Source: Vicinamibacterales bacterium (GTDB lineage Bacteria; Acidobacteriota; Vicinamibacteria; Vicinamibacterales; UBA2999). Taken from it: a stretch of 64,000 nucleotides of DNA. Positions 6,298 through 14,678 of the stretch are shown here, in pieces. The position numbers and the translations under genes are program-made. Position 1 is the first letter of the stretch. The number at the start of each line of letters is the position of its first letter. The stretch is from assembly GCA_050250955.1 (NCBI GenBank), contig JBFWNR010000003.1, forward strand, positions 430,250-494,249, read 5' to 3'. Below the pieces are notes generated by a model. That model was not told where the DNA came from. It worked only from the letters and a program-made list of their open reading frames with translations, and did no database searches.

Positions 6298-8550
6298 ATG
6301 GGCGACACCGTTCGATACGACGACCGCACCCCACGCCTGTTCTTCCTCGCCGCCGTGGTGTGGGCCGTGGTCGGCATGCTGGTCGGCGTGCTGATCGCCG
6401 CCATGCTCTTCATGCCGGCGTTGAACCTGGCGCCGTACCTGACCTTCGGCCGGTTGCGGCCGCTGCACACCAACGCCGTCATCTTCGCGTTCTGCGGCAA
6501 CATCATCTTCGCCGGCACCTACCACTCGATGCAGCGGCTGCTGAAGACGCGGCTCTTCAGCGACCGGCTGTCGGCGATCCATTTCTGGGGCTGGCAGCTG
6601 CTCATCGTCGCCGCCGCCGTCGCCCTGGTCAGCGGCGCGACCCAGGCCAAGGAATACGCCGAGCTGCCCTGGGTGCTCGACATCGTCGTCGCCCTGCTGT
6701 GGGTGACCTTCGCGGTCAACTTCTTCGCCACCCTGGCCATCCGCCGCGAGAAGCACATCTACGTCGCGGTGTGGTTCTACATCGCCACCATCGTCGCCGT
6801 CGCCATCCTGCACATCGGCAACAGCATGGCGATGCCCTACTCCTGGGTGGGCAGCTACTCGGCCTACAGCGGCGTCAAGGACGCCCTGATGCAGTGGTGG
6901 TACGGCCACAACGCGGTGGCGTTCTTCCTGACCACGCCGTTCCTGGGCCTGATGTACTACTACCTGCCCAAGGCGGCCGAGCGGCCGGTGTTCAGCTACC
7001 GGCTGTCGATCATGCACTTCTGGTCGCTGGTCTTCGTCTACATCTGGGCCGGTCCGCACCACCTCCACTACTCCGCGGTGCCCGAGTGGGCGTCCACGCT
7101 CGGGATGCTGTTCTCGCTGGTGCTGTGGATGCCGTCGTGGGGCGGCATGGTCAACGGGTTCTTCACGCTGCGCGGCGCCTGGCACAAGGTGCGCGAGGAC
7201 CCGATCCTCAAGTTCATGATCGTCGCCGTCACCTACTACGGCATGTCGACCTTCGAAGGGCCGATGATGTCGATCAAGTCGGTGAACGCCGTCTCGCACT
7301 TCACCGACTGGACGATCGGCCACGTGCACGCCGGCGCGCTGGGCTGGAACGCCTTCCTGTCGTTCGGCATCCTCTACTGGGTCGTGCCGCGGCTGTGGAA
7401 GACGCCGCTCTACTCGACCCGGCTCGCCACCTTCCACTTCTGGGTCGCCACCATCGGGCTCATCGGCTACCAGGTGTCGATGTGGGTGGCCGGCATCACC
7501 CAATGGGCGATGTGGCGGGCCTTCGAGCCCGACGGCCGCCTGGTCTACCCCGACTTCATCGAGACGGTGGTCCGCATCGTGCCGATGTACTGGGTCCGGC
7601 TGCTGTCGGGCCTGCTGTTCTTCTCCGGGCTGCTGGTCTTCTGCTGGAACCTGTTCAAGACGATCCGCAGCGCCCCGGCCGACTACGCCGTCGAGCCCGA
7701 GGTGGTGGCGCCGCCGCTGGTCCGCGACCTCGCCGCCCCCGGCGCGGTGACGCCGGCCAACACCTACGACCACGCCTTCTTCCGCCTGCAGCACGAGATG
7801 CGGCACGGCTTCCACCGCATGCTCGAGGGCCGGATGGTCACCTTCACGGTGCTCACGGCGCTGGCCCTGGCGGTGGGCTCGCTGGCCGAGACCATCCCGA
7901 TGTTCTTCAACAAGGAGAACGTCAAGGAGATCGCCAGCGTGCACCCGTACTCGCCGCTGGAGGTCGTCGGCCGCGACATCTACATCCGCGAGGGCTGCTA
8001 CAACTGCCACTCGCAGATGGTCCGGCCGTTCCGCTACGAAACCGAGCGGTACGGCGAGTACTCGAAGGCCGGCGAGTACGTCTACGACCACCCGTTCCAG
8101 TGGGGCTCGAAGCGCACCGGCCCCGACCTGCACCGCATCGGCGGCAAGTACCCGTCGCTGTGGCACGTGCGCCACATGCAGCAGCCCAGCTCGACGACGC
8201 CGGGCTCGGTCATGCCGGCCTATCCCCACCTGCTGACGTCGCACTACGACACCAGCCTCATCGGCGCCAAGCTGCGCGCCCTGCGCAAGGTCGGGGTGCC
8301 CTACAGCGACGGCGAGATCGCGACGGCCGTGGACGCAATGGCGCGGCAGGGCAGCGCGATCGCCGCCGAGGTCGAGTCGCAGCAGGGTCCGACCGGGCTG
8401 GGCGACAAGGAGATCGTCGCCCTTACTGCCTATCTGCAGCGACTCGGCACCGACATCCGCTGGAAGCGGCCGGACGCCCGGACGCCCTACTCGGCCACGG
8501 TGGCCGCGCCGGCGCCGGGCGGCGTGGCCGGCGGTGGAGCGGGGAGGTAG
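6298..8550 (+). CDS. ccoNO: cbb3-type cytochrome c oxidase fused subunits I/II (CcoN-CcoO)
   Basis: FGRLRPLHTNAVIFAF, WWYGHNAVAFFLT, YIWAGPHHL, HFTDWTIGHVHAGALGW; C-terminal EGCYNCHSQMVRP, WGSKRTGPDL, SVMPAY. Confidence 0.96.
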   Translation: MGDTVRYDDRTPRLFFLAAVVWAVVGMLVGVLIAAMLFMPALNLAPYLTFGRLRPLHTNAVIFAFCGNIIFAGTYHSMQRLLKTRLFSDRLSAIHFWGWQLLIVAAAVALVSGATQAKEYAELPWVLDIVVALLWVTFAVNFFATLAIRREKHIYVAVWFYIATIVAVAILHIGNSMAMPYSWVGSYSAYSGVKDALMQWWYGHNAVAFFLTTPFLGLMYYYLPKAAERPVFSYRLSIMHFWSLVFVYIWAGPHHLHYSAVPEWASTLGMLFSLVLWMPSWGGMVNGFFTLRGAWHKVREDPILKFMIVAVTYYGMSTFEGPMMSIKSVNAVSHFTDWTIGHVHAGALGWNAFLSFGILYWVVPRLWKTPLYSTRLATFHFWVATIGLIGYQVSMWVAGITQWAMWRAFEPDGRLVYPDFIETVVRIVPMYWVRLLSGLLFFSGLLVFCWNLFKTIRSAPADYAVEPEVVAPPLVRDLAAPGAVTPANTYDHAFFRLQHEMRHGFHRMLEGRMVTFTVLTALALAVGSLAETIPMFFNKENVKEIASVHPYSPLEVVGRDIYIREGCYNCHSQMVRPFRYETERYGEYSKAGEYVYDHPFQWGSKRTGPDLHRIGGKYPSLWHVRHMQQPSSTTPGSVMPAYPHLLTSHYDTSLIGAKLRALRKVGVPYSDGEIATAVDAMARQGSAIAAEVESQQGPTGLGDKEIVALTAYLQRLGTDIRWKRPDARTPYSATVAAPAPGGVAGGGAGR

Positions 8551-8552
8551 CC

Positions 8553-8747
8553 GTGCTGCAGGACCTGGCCACCGGGCTCTCCACCGTCCTCGCCACGGCG
8601 TCGCTGCTGTTCTTCATCGCGGTGTACGCGGTGGTCGTGGTGCGGATCGTCCGGGCCCGACCCGAGGACCTCGAGGCGCAGGCGCGACTGGCCCTCGACG
8701 ACGACGCCGCGCCGCGGCCGCGCCGTCAGGCCGTCACCCCCGAGTGA
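8553..8747 (+). CDS. ccoQ: cbb3 oxidase small subunit CcoQ
   Basis: GTG after GGAGG; SLLFFIAVYAVVVVRIV...QARLALDD; located between ccoO and ccoP. Confidence 0.8.
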   Translation: MLQDLATGLSTVLATASLLFFIAVYAVVVVRIVRARPEDLEAQARLALDDDAAPRPRRQAVTPE

Positions 8748-8759
8748 GGCGAGCGCGTC

Positions 8760-9347
8760 ATGGCTGAGTACGAGGACAAGGTTCTCCACGAACTCGACGG
8801 CATCAAGGAGTACGACAACCCGATGCCGGGATGGCTGATGGCCATCTGGTGGGGGTCGCTGGTCTTCTCGGCGGCCTACCTGATGTACTACGCCCTCAGC
8901 TTCGGCGAAGGCACGATGGACGCCGAGTACCGCCAGCAGACGGCGGCGGCGGTCGGCGAGGTGCAGGCCTACTTCGACGCCAACCCGCTGGTGCCGCCGA
9001 CCCCGGCCGAGCTGCTCGGCGGCGCCGCCAACCCGGCGGTGGTGGGCCTGGGCGCGTCGCGCTTCGCGCGTTCCTGTGCGGCGTGCCACGGCGAGCTGGC
9101 CCAGGGGCTCATCGGCCCCAACCTGACCGACGACCGCTGGATTCACGGCGGCTCGGTCGAGCAGATCTTCCAGAGCGTCGCCAAGGGCTGGCCGGCCAAG
9201 GGCATGCCGCCGTGGGGCCGCGCCGTGCCGCCCGAAGAGCTGGCGGCGCTGGTCTCCTACGTCCGCAGTCTCCAGGGCTCGAATCCACCCAATCCGCGGG
9301 CGCCCGAGGGCGATCCGTTCGCGGCGGAACCGCTGCCGGGGCGATAG
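8760..9347 (+). CDS. ccoP: cbb3 oxidase subunit III CcoP, short monoheme form
   Basis: HELDGIKEYDNPMPGW N-terminal motif; single CAACH; IGPNLTDDRWIHG; KGMPPW. Confidence 0.92.
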   Translation: MAEYEDKVLHELDGIKEYDNPMPGWLMAIWWGSLVFSAAYLMYYALSFGEGTMDAEYRQQTAAAVGEVQAYFDANPLVPPTPAELLGGAANPAVVGLGASRFARSCAACHGELAQGLIGPNLTDDRWIHGGSVEQIFQSVAKGWPAKGMPPWGRAVPPEELAALVSYVRSLQGSNPPNPRAPEGDPFAAEPLPGR

Positions 9348-9349
9348 CC

Positions 9350-10813
9350 ATGGGTGCCGCCGTCCGTTCCAGCGAGCCTCGCGCCGCCACACCGGCCACC
9401 CGCGAACGCATCTACGAGGTGGCCCCACCCGAGGAGCTGCTCTATTCGCTGTCGGCCGACGGCAAGCGCAAGTTCATGCACCCGGTGGTGCGGAAGGGGC
9501 ACTACTGGGCGATCCGCCGTGCCCTCGCCTACGCGCTGATGGTGCTGTTCTTCGCGCTGCCGCTCATCCCGATCGGCGGACATCCGGCGGTGCTGCTCGA
9601 CATCGCCACCCGGCGCTTCCACGTGTTCGGCGCGACGTTCCACCCCACCGACAACCTGCTGCTCGCCGCCTTCGGATTCGGCGTGGTCGTCACGGTGTTC
9701 TTCGTCGGCTCGACGTTCGGACGGGTGTGGTGCGGCTTCGGCTGCCCGCAGACGGTGTACCTCGAGTTCCTGTTCCGGCCGATCGAGGCGCTCATCGAAG
9801 GCGGCCCGACCAACCAGCGGCACCTCAACAAGTCGCCGTGGACGGCGCGGAAGCTCGCCGTCAAGGGCGCGAAGTACGTCGTCTTCGGGCTTCTCGCCGT
9901 GGTCATGGCCACCAACTTCGTGGCCTACTTCACCGGCTGGGCGGCGCTCGCCCCGGGGCTGCTGTACGCGCCGGGCGAGTGGACCGGCGCGCTCTTCACG
10001 ATCGCCTTCCTCACCGCGCTCATCAGCTTCGACTTCGGCTGGTTCCGCGACCAGATGTGCACGATCGCCTGCCCCTACGGCCGGCTGCAGAACGTGCTCT
10101 CCGACAAGGACACGCTGCTGGTCGCCTACGACACCGATCGCGGCGAGCCGCGGACCAGGTCGCGCGAGCTGGCGCCGGGCATGGGCGCGTGCATCGACTG
10201 CGGCGCCTGCGTCGCCGCGTGCCCGACCGGCGTGGACATCCGCCGCGGCCTGCAGGTGGAGTGCATCGGCACGGCCCAGTGCGTCGATGCCTGCGACGAG
10301 GTGATGCGCAAGCTCGGCCGGCCGACCGGGCTCATCACGTTCACCTCCGAGCGCGAGCAGCAGGGCGGCCGCCGCCACCTGTGGCGGCCGCGCAACCTCG
10401 CCTACCTGGGCCTGATGCTGCTCGCCTGGGGCACCTTCGGCACGCTGGTCTTCACCCGCGCCGACGCGCTGGTCGAGGTGGTGCGCGGCGGGCGTGAGCC
10501 GTACCGGCTGCTGCCCACCGGCGAGGTCGCCAACCAGCAGCGGCTGCGGTTCACCAACCAGCGCGACGAGACCCAGCGCTTCACCGTCGAGGTGCTGAGC
10601 CCGGCCGACGTCTCGCTGGTGCTCAGCCAGTCGCCGGTCGTCGTCGCCCCGGAGCAGGTCGTGACCATCAACGCGGTCACGACGGTGCCGCGCGGGATCT
10701 TCACCGACGGTCAGGCCACCGTGCGCTACCGCGTCACCTCGGACGGCGGCTTTGCCAGGGAGATCGAGTTCCTGCTGCTCGGTCCGTACGGCAGCGGAGG
10801 GCCGCAGCCGTGA
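9350..10813 (+). CDS. ccoG: cbb3 accessory 4Fe-4S membrane protein CcoG/FixG
   Basis: GRVWCGFGCPQTV, CTIACPYGRLQ, CIDCGACVAACPTGVDIRRGLQVECIGTAQCVDAC. Confidence 0.93.
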   Translation: MGAAVRSSEPRAATPATRERIYEVAPPEELLYSLSADGKRKFMHPVVRKGHYWAIRRALAYALMVLFFALPLIPIGGHPAVLLDIATRRFHVFGATFHPTDNLLLAAFGFGVVVTVFFVGSTFGRVWCGFGCPQTVYLEFLFRPIEALIEGGPTNQRHLNKSPWTARKLAVKGAKYVVFGLLAVVMATNFVAYFTGWAALAPGLLYAPGEWTGALFTIAFLTALISFDFGWFRDQMCTIACPYGRLQNVLSDKDTLLVAYDTDRGEPRTRSRELAPGMGACIDCGACVAACPTGVDIRRGLQVECIGTAQCVDACDEVMRKLGRPTGLITFTSEREQQGGRRHLWRPRNLAYLGLMLLAWGTFGTLVFTRADALVEVVRGGREPYRLLPTGEVANQQRLRFTNQRDETQRFTVEVLSPADVSLVLSQSPVVVAPEQVVTINAVTTVPRGIFTDGQATVRYRVTSDGGFAREIEFLLLGPYGSGGPQP

Positions 10814-11346
10814 AGGTGCTGCGCCTGCTCTCCGAGTACCGGTGGCCGATCTTCATCGGCGGCCACCTGACGATGTCGCTGGTCGCCAGTGGCGTGCTGG
10901 TCTACGTGGCGACCCGTCCCGACGTGCCGCGGCCGATCCGCGGCTACTACGAGGCGGCGCGGACGTGGGATGCCGACCGCGCCGTGGAGGAGGCCAGCCG
11001 CGCGCTGGGATGGACGGTGCGCTACGAGCTGCCCGTCGGCGTGCCGCACCTGGCCGGGATGCCGCGCCCCATCGACGTGAGCGTCGCCGACCGCGACGGC
11101 CGGCCGGTGCCCGGGCTGGTCGGCCAGCTCGTCGCGATGCGCCCGGCGGATGCCCGCTTGAACCAGCGCGGCGACCTGGTGGCGGTGCCGCGCGCCGACG
11201 GCAGCTACCGGACCCTGATGCGGCTCGACGAGGCCGGGGCGTGGGATCTGCGGCTGGAGGTGCGGCAGCAGGCCATGCGCTTCGTCCACAGCGCACGGTT
11301 CGTCGTGCCGGCCGGGGAGCCGGCGACGCTGGCGGGGGAGCGATGA
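10810..11346 (+). CDS. ccoH: FixH/CcoH family assembly protein
   Basis: WPIFI TM helix, GYYE motif, GAWDLRL; position between ccoG and ccoI. Confidence 0.8.
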   Translation: MKVLRLLSEYRWPIFIGGHLTMSLVASGVLVYVATRPDVPRPIRGYYEAARTWDADRAVEEASRALGWTVRYELPVGVPHLAGMPRPIDVSVADRDGRPVPGLVGQLVAMRPADARLNQRGDLVAVPRADGSYRTLMRLDEAGAWDLRLEVRQQAMRFVHSARFVVPAGEPATLAGER

Positions 11347-13850
11347 CGACCCCCGTCCCCGCCGACGCCGTTCGCGCCGTGGGCTGCGCGCACTGCGGCC
11401 TGCCGGTGCCGGCCGGCCTGATGCGGCCGCACGACGACGCGCAGTTCTGCTGCCCGGGCTGCCGCCAGGTGCACGCGCTGGTGCGGGCGTGGGGCTTCGA
11501 GCAGTACTACCGCCTGGTCGAGCGGCAGCAGGGCACGCTCGAACCGGCGCGGGTCTCGGGTCGTGCGTTCGACGACTTCGACGATCCGGCCGTGCAGGCC
11601 GCCGCCACCGAGACGCTCGGCGACCGCCGGCGCACCCGCCTGTTCCTCGAGGGCGTGCACTGCACGGCGTGCGTCTGGCTGGTGGAGAAGCTGCCGGCGG
11701 TGCTCGCCGGCGTGGACGAGGTGCGGCTGAACTACGGCACCGCCGTCGCCGAGGTCACCTGGCGCCCGGCCGAGACGAGGCTGTCCGCCGTGGCCCGCGC
11801 CCTCGACCGGCTCGGCTACACGCCGCACGTGCACCAGGCGGCCCGGGTGCAGGACGCCCGCCGCGCCGAGGACCGCATGGCGCTCGTACGACTCGGCGTA
11901 GCCGCCGCCTGCGCCATGAACCTGATGTTCCTCTCCGGCGCGCTCTACGCCGGGGAGTACTCCGGCATGGCCTCGCCCTACGCCGCCTTCTTCCGCTGGC
12001 TGTCGCTGGCGGTGGCGGCGCCGGTCGTCCTCTTCTCGGCGCGGCCCTTCTTCCAGACCGCGCTGGCCGGCCTGGCCGCCGGCGTCGTGCACATCGACCT
12101 GCCGATCGCCGTGGCCATCGCGATCGCCGCGGCAGCCAGCGCCTGGAACGTCGTGGTCGGCCACGGCCCGCTCTGGTTCGACTCGCTGGCCATGCTCATC
12201 GCCGCCCTGCTCGCCGCCCGCCAGCTGCAGCGCGGCGCCCAGCGTGCGGCGCTCGAGCGCGCCGACAGCCTGCGCGGCGTGGCCTTCCTGGAGTTCGCCC
12301 GACGCCTCGACGGCGACGGCGACCAGGCGGCTGTCGTCGAGGTGCCGCTCGCGGCGCTGGCGTCGGGCGACCGCGTCGAGGTCCGCAGCGGCGAACTCGT
12401 GCCGGTGGACGGACGGGTGCTGAGCGGACGGTCCGCGCTCGACAACGCCGTGCTGACGGGCGAGGCCACACCGCTGGCGGTCGCCGCCGGCGACGCCGTG
12501 CACGCCGGCGCCACCAACCTCGGTGCCCGTCTGGTGGTCCGCGTCGAGGCGGTGGGCGCGGCCACGCGCGTCGGCGCGCTGCTGGCGGTGGTGCAGGACG
12601 CCCTGGCCAGCAAGCCGGCGCTGCTCCAGATCACCGATCTGCTCGCCCGCCGCTTCGTCCAGCTGCTGCTGGTCGCGGCGGTGGCGACGGCGGCAATCGG
12701 CGGGTGGACGCTCGGACCCGACCAGGCGGTCCTGCGCGTGGTCGCCCTGCTGGTCGTGTCGTGCCCGTGCGCGCTGGGCCTGGCCGTGCCGCTGGCGCTG
12801 TCGGTGGCGCTGATGCGCGCCGCCACCGCCGGCATCTTCGTCAAGAACCCGGACGCGCTCGAGCGGCTCCGGCACGTCGGCACGGTGCTGCTCGACAAGA
12901 CCGGCACCGTGACCGACGGGCGGGTAAGCGTGGTGCGCTGGGTGGGCGACGACCGCGCCCTTCAGTTGGCCAGGGCGCTCGAGGCCGAGTCGTCGCACCA
13001 CGTGGCGCGGGCCTTCCAGGATGCCGAACCGCGGCAGCTGCATCTCGTGCCGACGGTCACCGGGGTCGTGGAAATGCCCGGCCACGGCATCGCCGGGCGG
13101 GTCGACGGCCACGACGTCCGCGTCGGGACGCTCGCGTTTGCGGTGGGCGCCGCCGCGATGGCGTCGCCGCTGGACGAGGCGCGGGCGGCGCTGATCGCCG
13201 AGGGGCTGAGCCCGGTGTGTGTCGGCGTCGACGGCCGCCTCGCCGGGATCGCCGGGATCGGCGACCGGCTGCGCCCCGACGCCGCGGCCACCGTCGCGGT
13301 GCTGCGGCGGCGCGGCATCAAGGTCCGGTTGCTGTCGGGCGATCACCCGGAAGTGGTCGCCCGCATCGGCGAGCGGCTCGGGCTCGATCCGGCCGACGCC
13401 CAGGGCGGGCTGACGCCGGAAGGAAAGCACGACATCGTCGCCGGGCTGGTCGCCCGGCGTGAACGCGACAGCTCGGGCGCGGTGGTCATGGTCGGCGACG
13501 GCGTGAACGACGCCGCGGCGCTGGCGTTGGCCGATGTCGGCGTGGTCGTGCACGGCGGCACCGGCGCGTCGATCCTCGCCGCCGATGTCGTGCTGGCCCG
13601 CGAGGGCGTGACGCCGCTGGTCGAGCTGCTCGACGGCGCCCGGCGGCTGCGCGGCGTCATCGGCCGCAACATCGGCTTCTCGCTCCTCTACAACGTCACC
13701 GCGTCGTCGCTGGCGCTGGCCGGTCTGGTCGGTCCGCTCGCCGCCGCCGTGCTGATGCCGCTGTCATCGCTGGCGGTCGTGCTTTCGTCGGTGCTGACCT
13801 GGACATTCGTGCCGGCGCGGGCGACCGCACCGCGTATTCGCGAGGCTTGA
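11343..13850 (+). CDS. ccoI: Copper-translocating P1B-type ATPase CcoI/FixI
   Basis: CAHCG...FCCPGC, GVHCTACVW, LTGE, SCPCALGLA, DKTGT, MVGDGVNDA. Confidence 0.93.
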   Translation: MTTPVPADAVRAVGCAHCGLPVPAGLMRPHDDAQFCCPGCRQVHALVRAWGFEQYYRLVERQQGTLEPARVSGRAFDDFDDPAVQAAATETLGDRRRTRLFLEGVHCTACVWLVEKLPAVLAGVDEVRLNYGTAVAEVTWRPAETRLSAVARALDRLGYTPHVHQAARVQDARRAEDRMALVRLGVAAACAMNLMFLSGALYAGEYSGMASPYAAFFRWLSLAVAAPVVLFSARPFFQTALAGLAAGVVHIDLPIAVAIAIAAAASAWNVVVGHGPLWFDSLAMLIAALLAARQLQRGAQRAALERADSLRGVAFLEFARRLDGDGDQAAVVEVPLAALASGDRVEVRSGELVPVDGRVLSGRSALDNAVLTGEATPLAVAAGDAVHAGATNLGARLVVRVEAVGAATRVGALLAVVQDALASKPALLQITDLLARRFVQLLLVAAVATAAIGGWTLGPDQAVLRVVALLVVSCPCALGLAVPLALSVALMRAATAGIFVKNPDALERLRHVGTVLLDKTGTVTDGRVSVVRWVGDDRALQLARALEAESSHHVARAFQDAEPRQLHLVPTVTGVVEMPGHGIAGRVDGHDVRVGTLAFAVGAAAMASPLDEARAALIAEGLSPVCVGVDGRLAGIAGIGDRLRPDAAATVAVLRRRGIKVRLLSGDHPEVVARIGERLGLDPADAQGGLTPEGKHDIVAGLVARRERDSSGAVVMVGDGVNDAAALALADVGVVVHGGTGASILAADVVLAREGVTPLVELLDGARRLRGVIGRNIGFSLLYNVTASSLALAGLVGPLAAAVLMPLSSLAVVLSSVLTWTFVPARATAPRIREA

Positions 13851-13851
13851 C

Positions 13852-14052
13852 ATGGACACGATCTTCGTCCTGCTGCCGCTCGCCCTGCTCATCGCCGCGA
13901 TCGCCGTCGGCCTGTTCGTCTGGGCAGCGACCACCGGCCAATTCGACGATCTCGAGACCCCCGCGGTGCGGGTGCTGTTCGACGACGAGGAGCCACGTGG
14001 CTCACGACCGTCGGGCCGCCCCACCGCGCCCTCCCGTGGAGTGCGGACATGA
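13852..14052 (+). CDS. ccoS: cbb3 maturation protein CcoS/FixS
   Basis: FVWAATTGQFDDLETPAVRVLFDD signature. Confidence 0.93.
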   Translation: MDTIFVLLPLALLIAAIAVGLFVWAATTGQFDDLETPAVRVLFDDEEPRGSRPSGRPTAPSRGVRT

Positions 14053-14669
14053 CCGGCCGGAGCACCTTCCGATTGCTGGCGTCGCTGTTGACCCTGGCGA
14101 TCCTCGCCGCGCTGGGCTACGCCTTCAGCCACGTACGCCAGGGCTACGAACCGCGGCAGCCGATCGCCTTCTCGCACAAGCGGATGGCCGGCGCGCCGGT
14201 GCTGCAGACCAACGAACGCGGCGAGACGGCGAACGTCGGCGGCTTCGCGATCCCCTGCGTCTACTGCCACACCATGCCCTACAAGAGCCGGCACTCGACG
14301 CTGCCGTCGACGGCGGTGTGCATGAACTGTCACTCCACCGTCGGCCTGAACAAGGAGTGGGTGCTGCGGATGAAGGACTACTGGGATCGTGGCGAGCCGA
14401 TCCCGTGGGTGAAGGTCCACGACCTGCCCGACTTCGTCTACTTCGACCACTCCGCGCACCTCAATGCGCGCGATGCCGCCGGCAACCTGAAGCTGCCGGC
14501 GGTGGACGCCGATGGCCGGCCGATGCCGCAGTGCCAGACCTGTCACGGCAAGGTCCAGGAGATGGACATCGTCTCGGTGCAGCACGAATTCAACATGCAG
14601 TGGTGCCTGAACTGCCACCGCCAGCCCGAGATCAAGGCCTCCACCGACTGCATCACCTGCCACCGGTAG
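14049..14669 (+). CDS. actA: Alternative complex III pentaheme cytochrome c ActA
   Basis: N-terminal TM; QPIAFSHK; five CxxCH (CVYCH, CMNCH, CQTCH, CLNCH, CITCH); PIPWVKVHDLPDFVYFDHSAH. Confidence 0.92.
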   Translation: MTGRSTFRLLASLLTLAILAALGYAFSHVRQGYEPRQPIAFSHKRMAGAPVLQTNERGETANVGGFAIPCVYCHTMPYKSRHSTLPSTAVCMNCHSTVGLNKEWVLRMKDYWDRGEPIPWVKVHDLPDFVYFDHSAHLNARDAAGNLKLPAVDADGRPMPQCQTCHGKVQEMDIVSVQHEFNMQWCLNCHRQPEIKASTDCITCHR

Positions 14670-14678
14670 GGAACGCGA

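Noticed and set aside
3593-6300. tRNA-Ser as the integration site of a genomic island
   Set aside because: No integrase or transposase and no duplicated tRNA 3' end seen in the window.
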